Notes under the pieces: model-generated
What the model was told of the DNA's origin: nothing
The model's input: the letters and a program-made list of their open reading frames with translations, nothing else
Databases searched by the model: none
Assembly (NCBI GenBank): GCA_963755025.1
Contig: CAVWIH010000011.1
Span: 64,001-128,000 of the forward strand
DNA length: 64,000 nucleotides
From: an uncultured Actinomycetes bacterium
GTDB lineage: Bacteria; Actinomycetota; Thermoleophilia; UBA2241
Reading direction: 5' to 3'
Position numbers and translations under genes: made by a program
Shown here: positions 1 to 10,005 of the stretch, piece by piece
Numbering within the stretch: the stretch's first letter is position 1
Layout: each line of letters opens with the position of its first letter

Positions 1-234
1 CGCTCGGCGAGCGCCGCGATGTGGTTGTTCACGCCGCCGGGCACCGTCCAGGCGTACGGCGTGAGCATCGCGATCCTGTAACCAGCTGCGTCCACGTTAG
101 AACCAGACAGCCCGGCCGGTCGCGCACGAGTCGCGGCTCCGGCCGGGCTTGCTCCCCCTGCCCCTCGCGGGGCGCCTGTCGTTTGCAAGGCCCGCGGCGC
201 CGTCTGCGCGGCGCCGGCGGGCGGACCGCCGCCG

Positions 235-1338
235 CTAGCCTTGGCAGACCGCCGTGGCGCCGCGGCCTTCGCCGCTGATGAACTGCTCGGTGAGCTCGCG
301 GCACTGGTCGTCGGGGTGCTGCACCGGCGGCGACTTCATGAAGTACGAGCTCGGCGCTTCGAGCGAGCCCGAGAGGCCGCGGTCGAGGCCGATCTTGGCG
401 CAGCGCACCGCGTCGATCACGATGCCGGCCGAGTTGGGCGAGTCGACCACTTCGAGCTTGAGCTCGATGTTCAGGGGCACGTCGCCGAAGGTGCGGCCCT
501 CCATGCGGATGTAGGCCCACTTGCGGTCTTCGAGCCACGGCACGTAGTCGCTGGGGCCGATGTGCACGTTCTTGGCGCCCATGTCGTAGTCGAGCTGGCT
601 GGTGACCGCGTTGGTCTTGGAGATCTTCTTGGACTCGAGGCGTTCGCGTTCGAGCATGTTGAGGAAGTCGGTGTTGCCGCCCACGTTCAGCTGGCTCGTG
701 CGCTCGAGCTTGACGCCGCGCTCGCGCATGAGGCGCGTGAGCACGCGGTGCACGATGGTGGCGCCGACCTGGCTTTTGATGTCGTCGCCGATGATGGGGA
801 CGCCGGCTTCGACGAAGCGCTTCTGCCAGTAGGGCTCGCGCGCCAGGAACACCGGCACGCAGTTGACCATGGCGCAGCCCGCCGTGAGGATCTGCTCGGC
901 GTACCACTTGGTGGCCTCTTCGCTGCCCACCGGCAGGTAGTTGACCACGACGTCGGCCTGGGTCTCTTTGAGGATGCCGACGATGTCGGCGGTGGGCCCG
1001 GGAGCCTTGGTGATGATCTCGGAGAGGTACTTGCCGAGGCCGTCGTGGGTCATGCCGCGCGCGACCGTGACGCCCTTGGCGGGCACGTCGGCGAACTTGA
1101 TGGTGTTGTTGGGGGTGGTGAAGATCGCCTCGGAGAGGTCTTTACCGACCTTGTTGGAGTCGATGTCGATGGCGGCGACGAACTCGATGTCCCTGATGTG
1201 GTAACCGCCCAGCACCGGATGCATGAGCCCCGGGACGAAGTCGTTCTTCTTGGCGTTCTTGTAGAACTCGACGCCCTGGACGAACGACGACGCGCAGTTG
1301 CCCACACCGACGATGGCTACGCGAACCGGGTTAGTCAC
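235..1338 (-). CDS. ino1: myo-inositol-1(3)-phosphate synthase
   Basis: [14 protein letters not shown] Rossmann start; [28 protein letters not shown] and DSPNSAG motifs; GTG start at 1338 with upstream GGGGAG. Confidence 0.95.
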   Translation of the reverse strand: MTNPVRVAIVGVGNCASSFVQGVEFYKNAKKNDFVPGLMHPVLGGYHIRDIEFVAAIDIDSNKVGKDLSEAIFTTPNNTIKFADVPAKGVTVARGMTHDGLGKYLSEIITKAPGPTADIVGILKETQADVVVNYLPVGSEEATKWYAEQILTAGCAMVNCVPVFLAREPYWQKRFVEAGVPIIGDDIKSQVGATIVHRVLTRLMRERGVKLERTSQLNVGGNTDFLNMLERERLESKKISKTNAVTSQLDYDMGAKNVHIGPSDYVPWLEDRKWAYIRMEGRTFGDVPLNIELKLEVVDSPNSAGIVIDAVRCAKIGLDRGLSGSLEAPSSYFMKSPPVQHPDDQCRELTEQFISGEGRGATAVCQG

Positions 1339-1523
1339 GTATGTCTCCCCTCCACTTTGCGACCGGCAGGACCGACCGAGTGAAACGCGTTCGCGGCCGC
1401 AGGAAGCAGCCGCAGATAGTGCCGTGAACGCAGCGGAGTATACCACAGCGGGTCGCCGCGACCCCCGCCCCCCGGCAGCCGCGCGCCGCCCCGCGGGGCC
1501 GCCGCGGACGCCGGCCGCGGTGC

Positions 1524-2138
1524 CTAGGCGGCCGCGCCGCCGCCGCTGCCGGCGAGCTGCCGGCGCACGTGCAGGATGCGCTGCGCGACCGTGTAGGTCG
1601 TGAGGATGGCGATGGCCCACACCATGACCGTGAGCACGTGGTAGCGGGCGAACAGCAGGCCCACCATGAGCAGCACCACGCGCTCGGGCCGCGAGGCGAG
1701 GCCGACCTTGCACTCGAGGCCCAGCGCCTCGGCCCGGGCGCGCGTGTAGGACACGAGGAACGACATCATGAGGGCGATGAACACCGCCGCCAGGTCCCAG
1801 ATGTGGCCGTTACGGGCGAACCAGATGCCGATGGCCATGAGCACGACGCCCTCTGAGAGGCGGTCGCTCGTCGAGTCGAGAAAGGCGCCGAACGGCGTGA
1901 CCTGCTCGGAGATACGCGCCACGGCGCCGTCGAGCATGTCGCAGACGCCGGCCAGCAGGAGCACGACGGCCGCCCAGATGAAGTGGCCGCTCAGGATCAG
2001 CGGCACGGCGGCCACGTTGAGCACGAGGCCGCCCACGGTGAGCGCGTTGGGCGTGACGCGCCCGCCGCTCACCAGGCGCCCGGCAAGCGGCACGACCGCC
2101 CGGCGGACGCCGACGGTATAGGAGTCTTTGAGGCTCAC
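1524..2138 (-). CDS. pgsA: CDP-alcohol phosphatidyltransferase (phosphatidylinositol-phosphate synthase-like)
   Basis: TPNALT and DMLDGAVAR...[11 protein letters not shown] signature, VSYTRARAE; GTG overlaps the upstream gene's TGA. Confidence 0.88.
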   Translation of the reverse strand: MSLKDSYTVGVRRAVVPLAGRLVSGGRVTPNALTVGGLVLNVAAVPLILSGHFIWAAVVLLLAGVCDMLDGAVARISEQVTPFGAFLDSTSDRLSEGVVLMAIGIWFARNGHIWDLAAVFIALMMSFLVSYTRARAEALGLECKVGLASRPERVVLLMVGLLFARYHVLTVMVWAIAILTTYTVAQRILHVRRQLAGSGGGAAA

Positions 2139-2947
2139 GCCCCGCGGCGATCGTTCGAGTGGCGCGTAGACACCGCGATGGCTTCGGGGACCGCCTGCGG
2201 CGCGATACCCCAGTTGGCGGCGAACGAGACGGCGAGCACCACCGCGCCGGCGATGGCGTCGAGCACGTAGTGGTTGCCGGTGATGATGATCGCCGAGAGC
2301 ACGACGAGCGGGTAGACGAGCGCCAGCGCGCGCGCCAGGCGGTTGCTGGTGAGCAGGTAGACGGCCAGCGACAGGAACAGGGCGTAGCCGATGTGCAGGC
2401 TGGGGAACGCGGCGTACTGGTTGGTCACGAACGACATGATGCCGGAGCGGTAGCTGGTCGTGGAGTAGAGGTAGAGCGTGTCGACCACGCCGGAGGTGGG
2501 CACCAGGCGGGGCGGCGCCACCGGCAGCATGGCGAACATCGTGATGCCGAGCAGGTTCATGGTGAGGAACACGTTGCGAAAGAAGGCGAAGGTCTCGTGG
2601 CGGTACAGGTAGATCCACACCAGGATGAGCATGGTGGCCGGGATGTGCACGCTCGAGTAGAACCAGTCCATGAACTCGACCAGCACGTGCACGTGGCTCG
2701 CCATGGTCTGGACGGCGGGCTCGACGTAGATGTGCATCGCCTTCTCGGCGCTGATGATGGCCAGGGCGTTGGCCATGGCCACCGCCTCGCGGCCGCGCAC
2801 CAGCACGCGGGCGACGTCGTAGACCGCGTAGCAGGCGAGCAGGATGAGGAATTGCCGTAACGCGTCGCGGCCGCCCGCGGGCAGCGCTCCGCGCCACGAG
2901 CGTGTGAGCTCGAGCCCTGAATCACGCAGGTTGAGCTTGCGATTCAC
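2135..2947 (-). CDS. PAP2/AUR1-like (inositol phosphorylceramide synthase-type) membrane phosphatase/phosphotransferase
   Basis: PVAPPRL, NQYAAFPSLH and TGNHYVLDA motifs; multiple TM segments. Confidence 0.85.
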   Translation of the reverse strand: MNRKLNLRDSGLELTRSWRGALPAGGRDALRQFLILLACYAVYDVARVLVRGREAVAMANALAIISAEKAMHIYVEPAVQTMASHVHVLVEFMDWFYSSVHIPATMLILVWIYLYRHETFAFFRNVFLTMNLLGITMFAMLPVAPPRLVPTSGVVDTLYLYSTTSYRSGIMSFVTNQYAAFPSLHIGYALFLSLAVYLLTSNRLARALALVYPLVVLSAIIITGNHYVLDAIAGAVVLAVSFAANWGIAPQAVPEAIAVSTRHSNDRRGA

Positions 2948-3060
2948 ACGTCTCCCCTTCGATCCTTCGCCTTGCCGGCGACGACGGGCTGCTCGCCGCT
3001 CCTGGAGGCCGATACCGCCTCCGCCGAGGCTATCAGCTCCGCAAGGGTGGTCGAAAGTCC

Positions 3061-3136
3061 TGGTGGGCCGTGAAGGATTCGAACCTTCGACCTTGGGATT
3101 AAGAGTCCCCTGCTCTACCAACTAAGCTAACGGCCC
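3061..3136 (-). tRNA. tRNA-Lys(CTT)
   Basis: Reverse complement GGGCCGTTAGCTTAGTTGGTAGAGCAGGGGACTCTTAATCCC...GGTTCGAATCCTTCACGGCCCACCA; 76 nt, encoded CCA. Confidence 0.97.
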
Positions 3137-3201
3137 ACGACACGGTGCGATATCGTACCAGCCCGCCGGGCCCGGTACCAGCCCGTCCTTTCAGGTCTAC
3201 C

Positions 3202-3435
3202 CTACAGAGCGAACTCGTGCTCGCCGGTCACGGGGTAGCCGGCGTCTTCGATCGCGGCCCGCACGGCCGCGAGATCGCCGCCCGGCGTCAGGTACACGGC
3301 CACGCTCTTGGTGGCGACCTCGACCTCGACGCTGTCGACGCCCTCGAGCCCCGTCACGGCGCCCTCGATGGCCATCTTGCAGTGGTTGCAGGAGACCTCG
3401 GGTACGTTCAGCACCACGTGCCTTGTCGCGGTCAT
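3202..3435 (-). CDS. copZ: Heavy-metal-associated domain copper chaperone
   Basis: 77 aa with the VSCNHC metal motif and HMA pattern ending IEDAGY. Confidence 0.9.
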   Translation of the reverse strand: MTATRHVVLNVPEVSCNHCKMAIEGAVTGLEGVDSVEVEVATKSVAVYLTPGGDLAAVRAAIEDAGYPVTGEHEFAL

Positions 3436-4390
3436 GCGTCCTCCTCTGCGGCCGTGTCGCCGGCCGGCGTGTCGGCGACCGGCGGCTCGCCGGCCTGCGC
3501 TGCTTCGGCCGTCGTGCGCCTCGGTGAGCCGGCCCGACGCCGGCCTGGGCGCTTCGGTCGCCGCGCCAAGGCGCCTGAGCGGCCGTCACCGGCGTGTCGG
3601 GCACCAGGTCGGCCAGCCGGCAGGTGCACGCCCGCCCTTCGCCCAGGTCGACCGCGACGCTGTCGGCCGGGGCGAGGAGCTCAGTGACCTTTCCCCGGCC
3701 CGAGGGCGTCGTAACGAGTGCGCCCCGTCGCGGCGCGCGCTGCTTGAACGAGGTGTAGACGCCGTGCTCGTACTTGAGGCAGCACATGAGGCGGCCGCAG
3801 CAGCCCGAGATCTTCGACGGGTTCAGCGGCAGGTTCTGGTCCTTGGCCATGCGGATCGACACGGGGTCCTGGTCGCCGCAGAAGCTGGCGCAGCACAGGC
3901 GGCGGCCGCAGGGGCCGTAGCCGCCGATCAGGCGCGCTTCGTCGCGCGACGACACCTGGCGCAGCTCGACGCGGCGCCCCATGCGATCGGAGAGCTGCGA
4001 GACCAGCTGCCGGGAATCGACCCGGTCCTCGGCCGAGAACGACACGGTCAGGCGGTTGCCGTCGAAGGTGCTCTCGGCGGACACGACCTTCATGCGCAGG
4101 CGCGCCTTGACGGCCAGCTCGCGGGTGAGCAGCACGACCTCGCGCTCGCGGGCGCAGTTCTCGGCGACTCGCTCGAGGTCGGCGGTGCGGGCGGCGCGCA
4201 CGACACGGCGCAGGCCCTGGCGCGACTCGCCCTCGGCGAGCTCGCGCACGCCTTCGACGACACGCCCGAAGTCGGTGCCGCGGGTGGTCTCGACGACGAC
4301 CTGGTCGCCGGCTGCGAGCTCGAGCACGCCGGCGTCGAAATGGTAGACCTTGCCGCCGTCACCAAAGACGACGCTGACGATCTTAGGCAC
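3432..4390 (-). CDS. ricT: PSP1/YaaT family regulatory Fe-S protein (frameshift near 3' end)
   Basis: GGYGPCGRRLCC and NPSKISGCCGRLMCCLKYE motifs; directly downstream of holB. Confidence 0.88.
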
Positions 4391-5499
4391 TTTCCCAGAC
4401 CTCCTGGAAGCGGGCAAACATCGCCTGCAGAGCGAGCCTGCGATCGATGTTCAGGGACAGATCCTGGCGGGTGCGCCCGACGACCTCGAGCAGCCGGGCG
4501 CAGATGTCGGGCCGGGCGACGGCCGCGTGTTCGAGCTCCGCCAGCCGGTCGCGGTTTGAGACGGCGCCGGCGGCGCCGAGCCCCACGGCCCAGACGTCGC
4601 GCAGAAAGCTCGTGAGGTGGTCGAGTGCATCGAAGCGCGGCCAGGCGCGCCATGCGCGCCTGCTCGCGGCGCTGCAGGGCGTCGAGGCGCTTGGTGTGAA
4701 AGGCGCGCTCGCGGTCGTCGGGCACGGTGCGCTCGAGCTCGGCGCGGCGCAGGGCGAGCCCGGCTTCGACCTCGACTTGCGCGGCGGCCTCGGCGTTGCC
4801 GACCTCGTCGACGAAGGCGTGCTCGGCGTCGCGGTCGTGCAGGGCGATGCCGGCGGCGAGGTGCAGGTAGCGCTCGCGGTGCCGGGGGCCGCGCTCGTCG
4901 GCCACCAGGCGCAGGGCCCGGTCGAGCGAGCCGTGGGCCAGGCGTGCGACCACGGTGGCGCGCTCGGCGTCGAGGCTCTCGCGATCGGTCAGGAAGGCGG
5001 TGAGCTCGTCGTCGGCGACGGGCTCGAACTCGACCACCTGGCAGCGCGAGACGATGGTGGGCAGCACGCGCTCGAGCGAGTCGGACACGAGGATGAAGTG
5101 CACGTGCTCGGGCGGCTCTTCGAGGCTCTTGAGGAACGTGTTGGCGGCCTCGACGTTCATGCGCTCGGGCTCGACGATCACCCACACGCGGTGGGTCGCG
5201 GCGAACGGCCTGAGGGCGAGGTCGGCGATGAGCTCGGCGATCTGCTCGATGCGTATGAACTCGCCCTCGCGCTCGATCACGACGAGGTCGGGGTGCACGC
5301 CGCGGGTGAGGCGCTCGCACTCGGCGCAGTGCCCGCAGCCGCCGCAGGCGGCCACCAGCGCGGCGCCGAGCTCGACGGCGAAGCGCTGCTTGCCGAGGCC
5401 CTCGGGGCCGGCCAGCAGGTAGGCGTGGCCGGCGCCGCGCGCCAGAGCGCCGGCGACGTAGGCCTTGGCGCGCGCCTGTCCGGGGATGTCAGCGAACAT
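4383..5499 (-). CDS. holB: DNA polymerase III delta' subunit (frameshift near 4635)
   Basis: HAYLLAGPEGLGK, CGGCGHCAEC, HPDL, AANTFLKSLEEP and PTIVSRCQ motifs. Confidence 0.92.
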
Positions 5500-6270
5500 G
5501 CGGGCCTCGGGCGGCGAGCGGCGGGGCCGCGGCGGTCGGCGTCGGCGTTGCGGACGACGACGCCGCGGCCGACGACGCTGCGGACGACGACGGTGCGGAC
5601 GACGAAGCCGGCGACTCGGGCGCCGCCGGCAACGCCGCCAGGGCGGCCAGCGTGGCGCGCTCGACCTGGGCGGCGACCTGGTCGACCGCGAGCTCGCCGT
5701 CGAGCGCCACGATGCGCTCGGGGTAGCGCCGCACGAGCTCGTCGTAGCCGGCGGCCACGCGTTCCTGCAGGGCGAGGCCCTCGGCTTCGAGGCGATCGGG
5801 CGGCCCGCCGTGGCGCGCGGCCGCGCGGGCAGGGTTGACCCTGAGCAAGAGGGTGAGGTCGGGCAGCAGGGCGCCGGTCGCCTGCTCGCTGACCGCGAGC
5901 ACGGCGTCGATGCCCAGGCCGCGGGCGAAGCCCTGGTAGGCGAGCGACGAGTCGATGTAGCGGTCGAGCACCACGATGAGCCCCTGGTCGAGCGAGGGCC
6001 GCACGACCTGCGCGACGAGCTGGGCGCGCGCCGCCGCGTAAAGCAGCGCTTCGGTCCAGGGGGCGATGTCGGGGCAGCGGTGCAGCAGGACGTCGCGGAT
6101 GGCTTCGCCGGTGGGCGTGCCGCCGGGCTCGCGCAGCGAGCCCCCCGGCACGCCCACCACGCCCACGGGCAGCCCGCGGGCGGCAAGGGCCGCACAGAGG
6201 CGTTCGACCTGGGTCGTCTTGCCCGACCGGTCGACGCCTTCGAGGGTCACGAAGAAGCCGCGCCCCGCGA
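5489..6270 (-). CDS. tmk: Thymidylate kinase (start uncertain, low-complexity tail)
   Basis: FVTLEGVDRSGKTTQ, REPGGT and DRYIDSSLAYQG motifs. Confidence 0.92.
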
Positions 6271-6279
6271 GGCGGAGCG

Positions 6280-8571
6280 CTAGGTCGTGACCCGCTTCTT
6301 GTACTTCTCCTTGGTGGGACAATCGGGATCCAGACAGAGCTGCCACGGTCGCCCGCGGCCGCCCGATTTGAGCACGGTGATCTCGGGCCAACCGCAGCCG
6401 GGGCAGCTGGTCCCCTTGGCGATGATAGCACCCCGCTGAGGCAGCGGGAACGTCTGTCCGCAGCCGCGCCGCGGCCGCGTGCCCTCGGGCGCCCCCTCGG
6501 GCACCTTGGCTTCGTCGCCCTCTTTGCCGACGCAGGCCACGAAGCGCTTGCCGGTCTTGCCGCGCAGCATGCGCAGCTCGCCGCCGCAGGTGGTGCACAC
6601 GCCGAGCGTCATGTCTTCGCGCACGGCGCCCTTGATCTCGGTGCGGATGGCTTCGATGTGGCCCTCGAGCAGCTTGTGGGCCTCGGCCAGCAGCTCCTGG
6701 CTGTCGGCCACCACGCGCTCGCTGGGCAGGTCGCCCAGGGCGATGCGGTCCATCTCTTCTTCGAGCCGGGCGGTCATGTCGGACGAGGAGATGTCGAGCT
6801 GGCCGCTGGGCATGGCGGCGTCGAAGGCGCGGATGACGGCGATGCCGAGCTCGGTCGGCTCGACCGGGTTGTCGCGCACGTAGTTGCGGTCGTAGAGGTG
6901 CTGGATGATGTCGGCGCGCGTCGCCTTGGTGCCCAGGTCGAGCTCCTCCATCTTCTCGATCAGCGGGCCCTGGCCCGCAGCGCGAGGGCGGCTGCGTCTC
7001 CTTGGCGTCGAGGCGCACGCCGAGCACGGCCAGCACGTCGCCCACGGCGGCCTGCGGCAGGGGCCGCTCGCGGTCGGAGGTGTAGGGCTGCCAGGCGCGC
7101 AGGAAGCCGGGCTTGGCGATACGGCTGCCGCGCGCCACGAAGGGCTCGCTGCCGAGCTGCACGTCGAGGCGCTGGCCCTCGATGACGGCCGCCGGCAGCA
7201 GGGTGGCCAGGAAGCGCCGCACGACGAGGTCGTAGACGCGCGCCTGGTCGCCGCGCAGCTCGCCCCTGGGCACGCCGACCGGGTAGATCGGCGGATGGTC
7301 GGTGGTGCGCTTTTTGCCGCGGGTGGGCTTGAGCGTGGCCTGGGCGGCCAGCTCGGCGGCGATCTGCGACACCGGACCGTGGGCGGTCATGGTCTGCAGC
7401 ACGGCGTGCAGGTCGAGCGAGGGCGGGTAGACCGTGTTGTCGGTGCGCGGGATAGCTGATGAGGCCGTCGAGGTACAGCGATTCGGCCGCCTTCATGGCC
7501 CGCGAGGGGGCGATGCCGGCGCCCGAGGCGGCGCTCATGAGCGCCGTGGTGTTGAACGGCGCCGGCGGCGCCAGCGAGCGGGGCGTCGTTGCGTAGGCGG
7601 TCACCTCGGCGGTGTCGGCCTGGGCGCCGGCCAGGGCGGCTTCGGCGGCGTCGGCCGCGGCGAAGCGGCCCTTGGCGTGCTCGACCGTGAAGCGCTCGCC
7701 GCTGGCGGCTTCGAGCTCGGCCTTGATCTCCCAGTAGGGCACCGGCACGAAGGCGCGGCGCTCGAGCTCGCGGTCGACGACGAGACGCAGGGTGGGCGTC
7801 TGCACGCGGCCGATCGACAGGTAGTCGGAGCCGTAGCGGTAGCTCGCCAGCGACATGAAGCGGGTGAGCACGGCGCCCCAGATGAGGTCGATGTCCTGCC
7901 GCGTGTGGGCCGCGTCGGCGAGCTTGAAGTCGAGCGTGTCGAGCTTGGAGAAGGCGCGCTTGACCTCGTCGGGCGTGAGCGCCGAGTAGCGCGCCCGATG
8001 ATGGCGGTCGACGATCGCCGGGGGCCACCGCCGCCTTGAGGCGCACGGCGCCGTCGTCGCCGTCGAGCTCGACCGGCGGCGGCGGGCGGCGTGGGCTTGG
8101 CGCGGGCGGCGGCCGCCGTGCCCTTCTTGGCGCGCTGGCCGGCTTTTCGGGCTTGTCGTGAGGGTGGTGGCGCAGGGCGTCGCCGCGCAAGATGCGCAGC
8201 GCCTCTTCGCCGATCAGCTCGCCCTCGCGGTCGAAGTCGGTGGCCACGATGATCTCGGTGGCGCCCTTGGCCACGGTGCGCAGCGCCGCCACGGTCGAGG
8301 CGCTGGCGCCGTCGACCACCCAGGCGAGGTCGGGCTCGCGGATCATCTGGTCGAGATACTTGAGGCTCCAGCGCCGGTAGGTGTTGGGGAAGGTCGTCTC
8401 CATGACGTGGCCGCGCAGCCCGACCGACACGGTGGGCTTGCCTTCCCACTCGAACGAGTACGACTTGACGCGCTGGCGGCCGCGGCCGTGCTCTTTGACC
8501 TCGACGTTGCCGCCCAGGATCTGGGCGATCTTCTGCGCGGCCGAGTCTTTTTCGGTGACGATGAGTCTCAC
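6280..8571 (-). CDS. topA: Type IA DNA topoisomerase, archaeal-like (several frameshifts)
   Basis: TOPRIM IVTEK...ATDFDREGELIG, SIGRVQTPTL, catalytic ISYPRTDNT across a frameshift, GTKATRADII, C-terminal Zn ribbons. Confidence 0.9.
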
Positions 8572-8695
8572 GGGCAGGGTCCGTCCTTGTCGTTTCTCGA
8601 AGTGAGCCTAGGAATCTTGTACCGCTAGGGTAGCCGACTTGTACCACCGTCACGGGCGACTTGTCGATGGGGCGTGGCGCCTGCGGCGGCCTGGA

Positions 8696-8804
8696 CGCTC
8701 CACGTAATCAAGCTTGCCTGAGCGACGACGACGAAGTCTATCGGCGAACTAGGCGCTCCACGTAGTCAAGCCTGCCTGAGCGACGACGACGAAGTCAATC
8801 GGCG
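8696..8804. repeat. Tandem duplication of a 51-nt unit (8696-8746 and 8754-8804)
   Basis: CGCTCCACGTA(A/G)TCAAGC(T/C)TGCCTGAGCGACGACGACGAAGTC(T/A)ATCGGCG; 3 mismatches, 7-nt spacer. Confidence 0.9.
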
Positions 8805-8920
8805 GTCTACGGTATGCCCCGAAGCCGCCAACCTGTCACACGGACCGCTTGCGGCGGCCAGCGGCGAGGCGGCCGCGGACGGCCGGCGCGACCCGTTTCT
8901 GCGGGCCGGCGCGACCGGCG

Positions 8921-9265
8921 TTACAGGCCGGCGAGCGCCGCGTCGCGGGTGTCGAAGATGGTGAGCACCTTGTCGAGGCCGGTGATGTCGAGGATGCGCA
9001 CGACCGGCCGCGAGCCGGCCACGATGGCCAGGCGACCTTCGCGTTCGCGCATGCGCTTGACGCCGCTGATGATCACGCCGAGCGCCGTGGAGTCGATGAA
9101 CGTCACCTGCGAGAGGTCGATCACGATGTCGTGCACCCCCGTTTCGATGAGGGCCACGAGGTCGTCTTTGAAGCGCGGCGCGGTGTACAGGTCGACCTCG
9201 CCGGACAGTTCGATCAGGCCGAGTCGCTCGGAGACCACGGTGCGTTCTGAGGTGAAGTCGGTCAT
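8921..9265 (-). CDS. STAS-domain anti-sigma factor antagonist
   Basis: GEVDLYTAP and FIDSTALG (phosphorylatable Ser) motifs. Confidence 0.93.
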   Translation of the reverse strand: MTDFTSERTVVSERLGLIELSGEVDLYTAPRFKDDLVALIETGVHDIVIDLSQVTFIDSTALGVIISGVKRMREREGRLAIVAGSRPVVRILDITGLDKVLTIFDTRDAALAGL

Positions 9266-9339
9266 CGTCTTCCTATTCTATCGTGCGTGACGGACGCGTG
9301 GCCGTCGGGTCGCGTGCCGTTGGCCGTGGCGAGCGGCTT

Positions 9340-10005
9340 TCAGGGCGTGGCGCTGGACGACGGCGACGGCGACGCCGACGCCGCTGCCTTGAGCTGGGCG
9401 AGCTCGGTCTTGACCTGCGATGCGTACTGCGAGTTCGGGTCGTGCTTGAGGAACGCGGTGAAGGCCGCGATGGCGCCGGCCGTGTCGTTGGACAGCACGT
9501 CGGTCGAGGCGATGCCCAGGTACGGCGTGGCGTCGCTCGGCTGCAGCTTGAGCAGCTTGTGGTAGACGGCGAGCGCGCTCTTGTAGTCGACGAGCTCGGT
9601 GTAGATCTGGGCCTGGCTCTTGTAGGCGTTGATGCGCAGGCCGGCGGCCGCCGAGCCGAGCGCCGAGTCGGGCAGCGCGATGTAGCGCGAGTAGTAGGAG
9701 AGCGACGTGGTCAGGTCGTTGGTCTGCGCCTGGTCGGGCACGCCGGTCTGCACGCTGCCGCGCGTCTGGTAGGCCTGCGCCGCGCTGAGCAGGGCGACGG
9801 GGTCTTTGGGGCTCTTGGCCAGCGTGGCCGCGGCGGCCTTGATCTGCTTGTCGATGCCGCTGGTGCTGTTGGTGTTCGCCGCCTTGGTGCCGCAGCTCGA
9901 AGCGACTCCCGAATAGCCGAAGATCAGGAAGCCCCCCATGAGCACGGCCATGAAGCCGAAGATGATCTTCTGCCAGAACTTCACGCGTTGGCGGTTGAGA
10001 AGCAT
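9340..10005 (-). CDS. Membrane-anchored tetratricopeptide-repeat protein
   Basis: N-terminal TM helix, TPR-like helices, FLKHDPNSQYA. Confidence 0.75.
   Translation of the reverse strand: MLLNRQRVKFWQKIIFGFMAVLMGGFLIFGYSGVASSCGTKAANTNSTSGIDKQIKAAAATLAKSPKDPVALLSAAQAYQTRGSVQTGVPDQAQTNDLTTSLSYYSRYIALPDSALGSAAAGLRINAYKSQAQIYTELVDYKSALAVYHKLLKLQPSDATPYLGIASTDVLSNDTAGAIAAFTAFLKHDPNSQYASQVKTELAQLKAAASASPSPSSSATP

Noticed and set aside
8696-8804. CRISPR array or hammerhead ribozyme (CTGAGCGA...GAAG)
   Set aside because: Only two units with a 7-nt spacer and no cas genes; the hammerhead core CUGANGA/GAAA is not matched.
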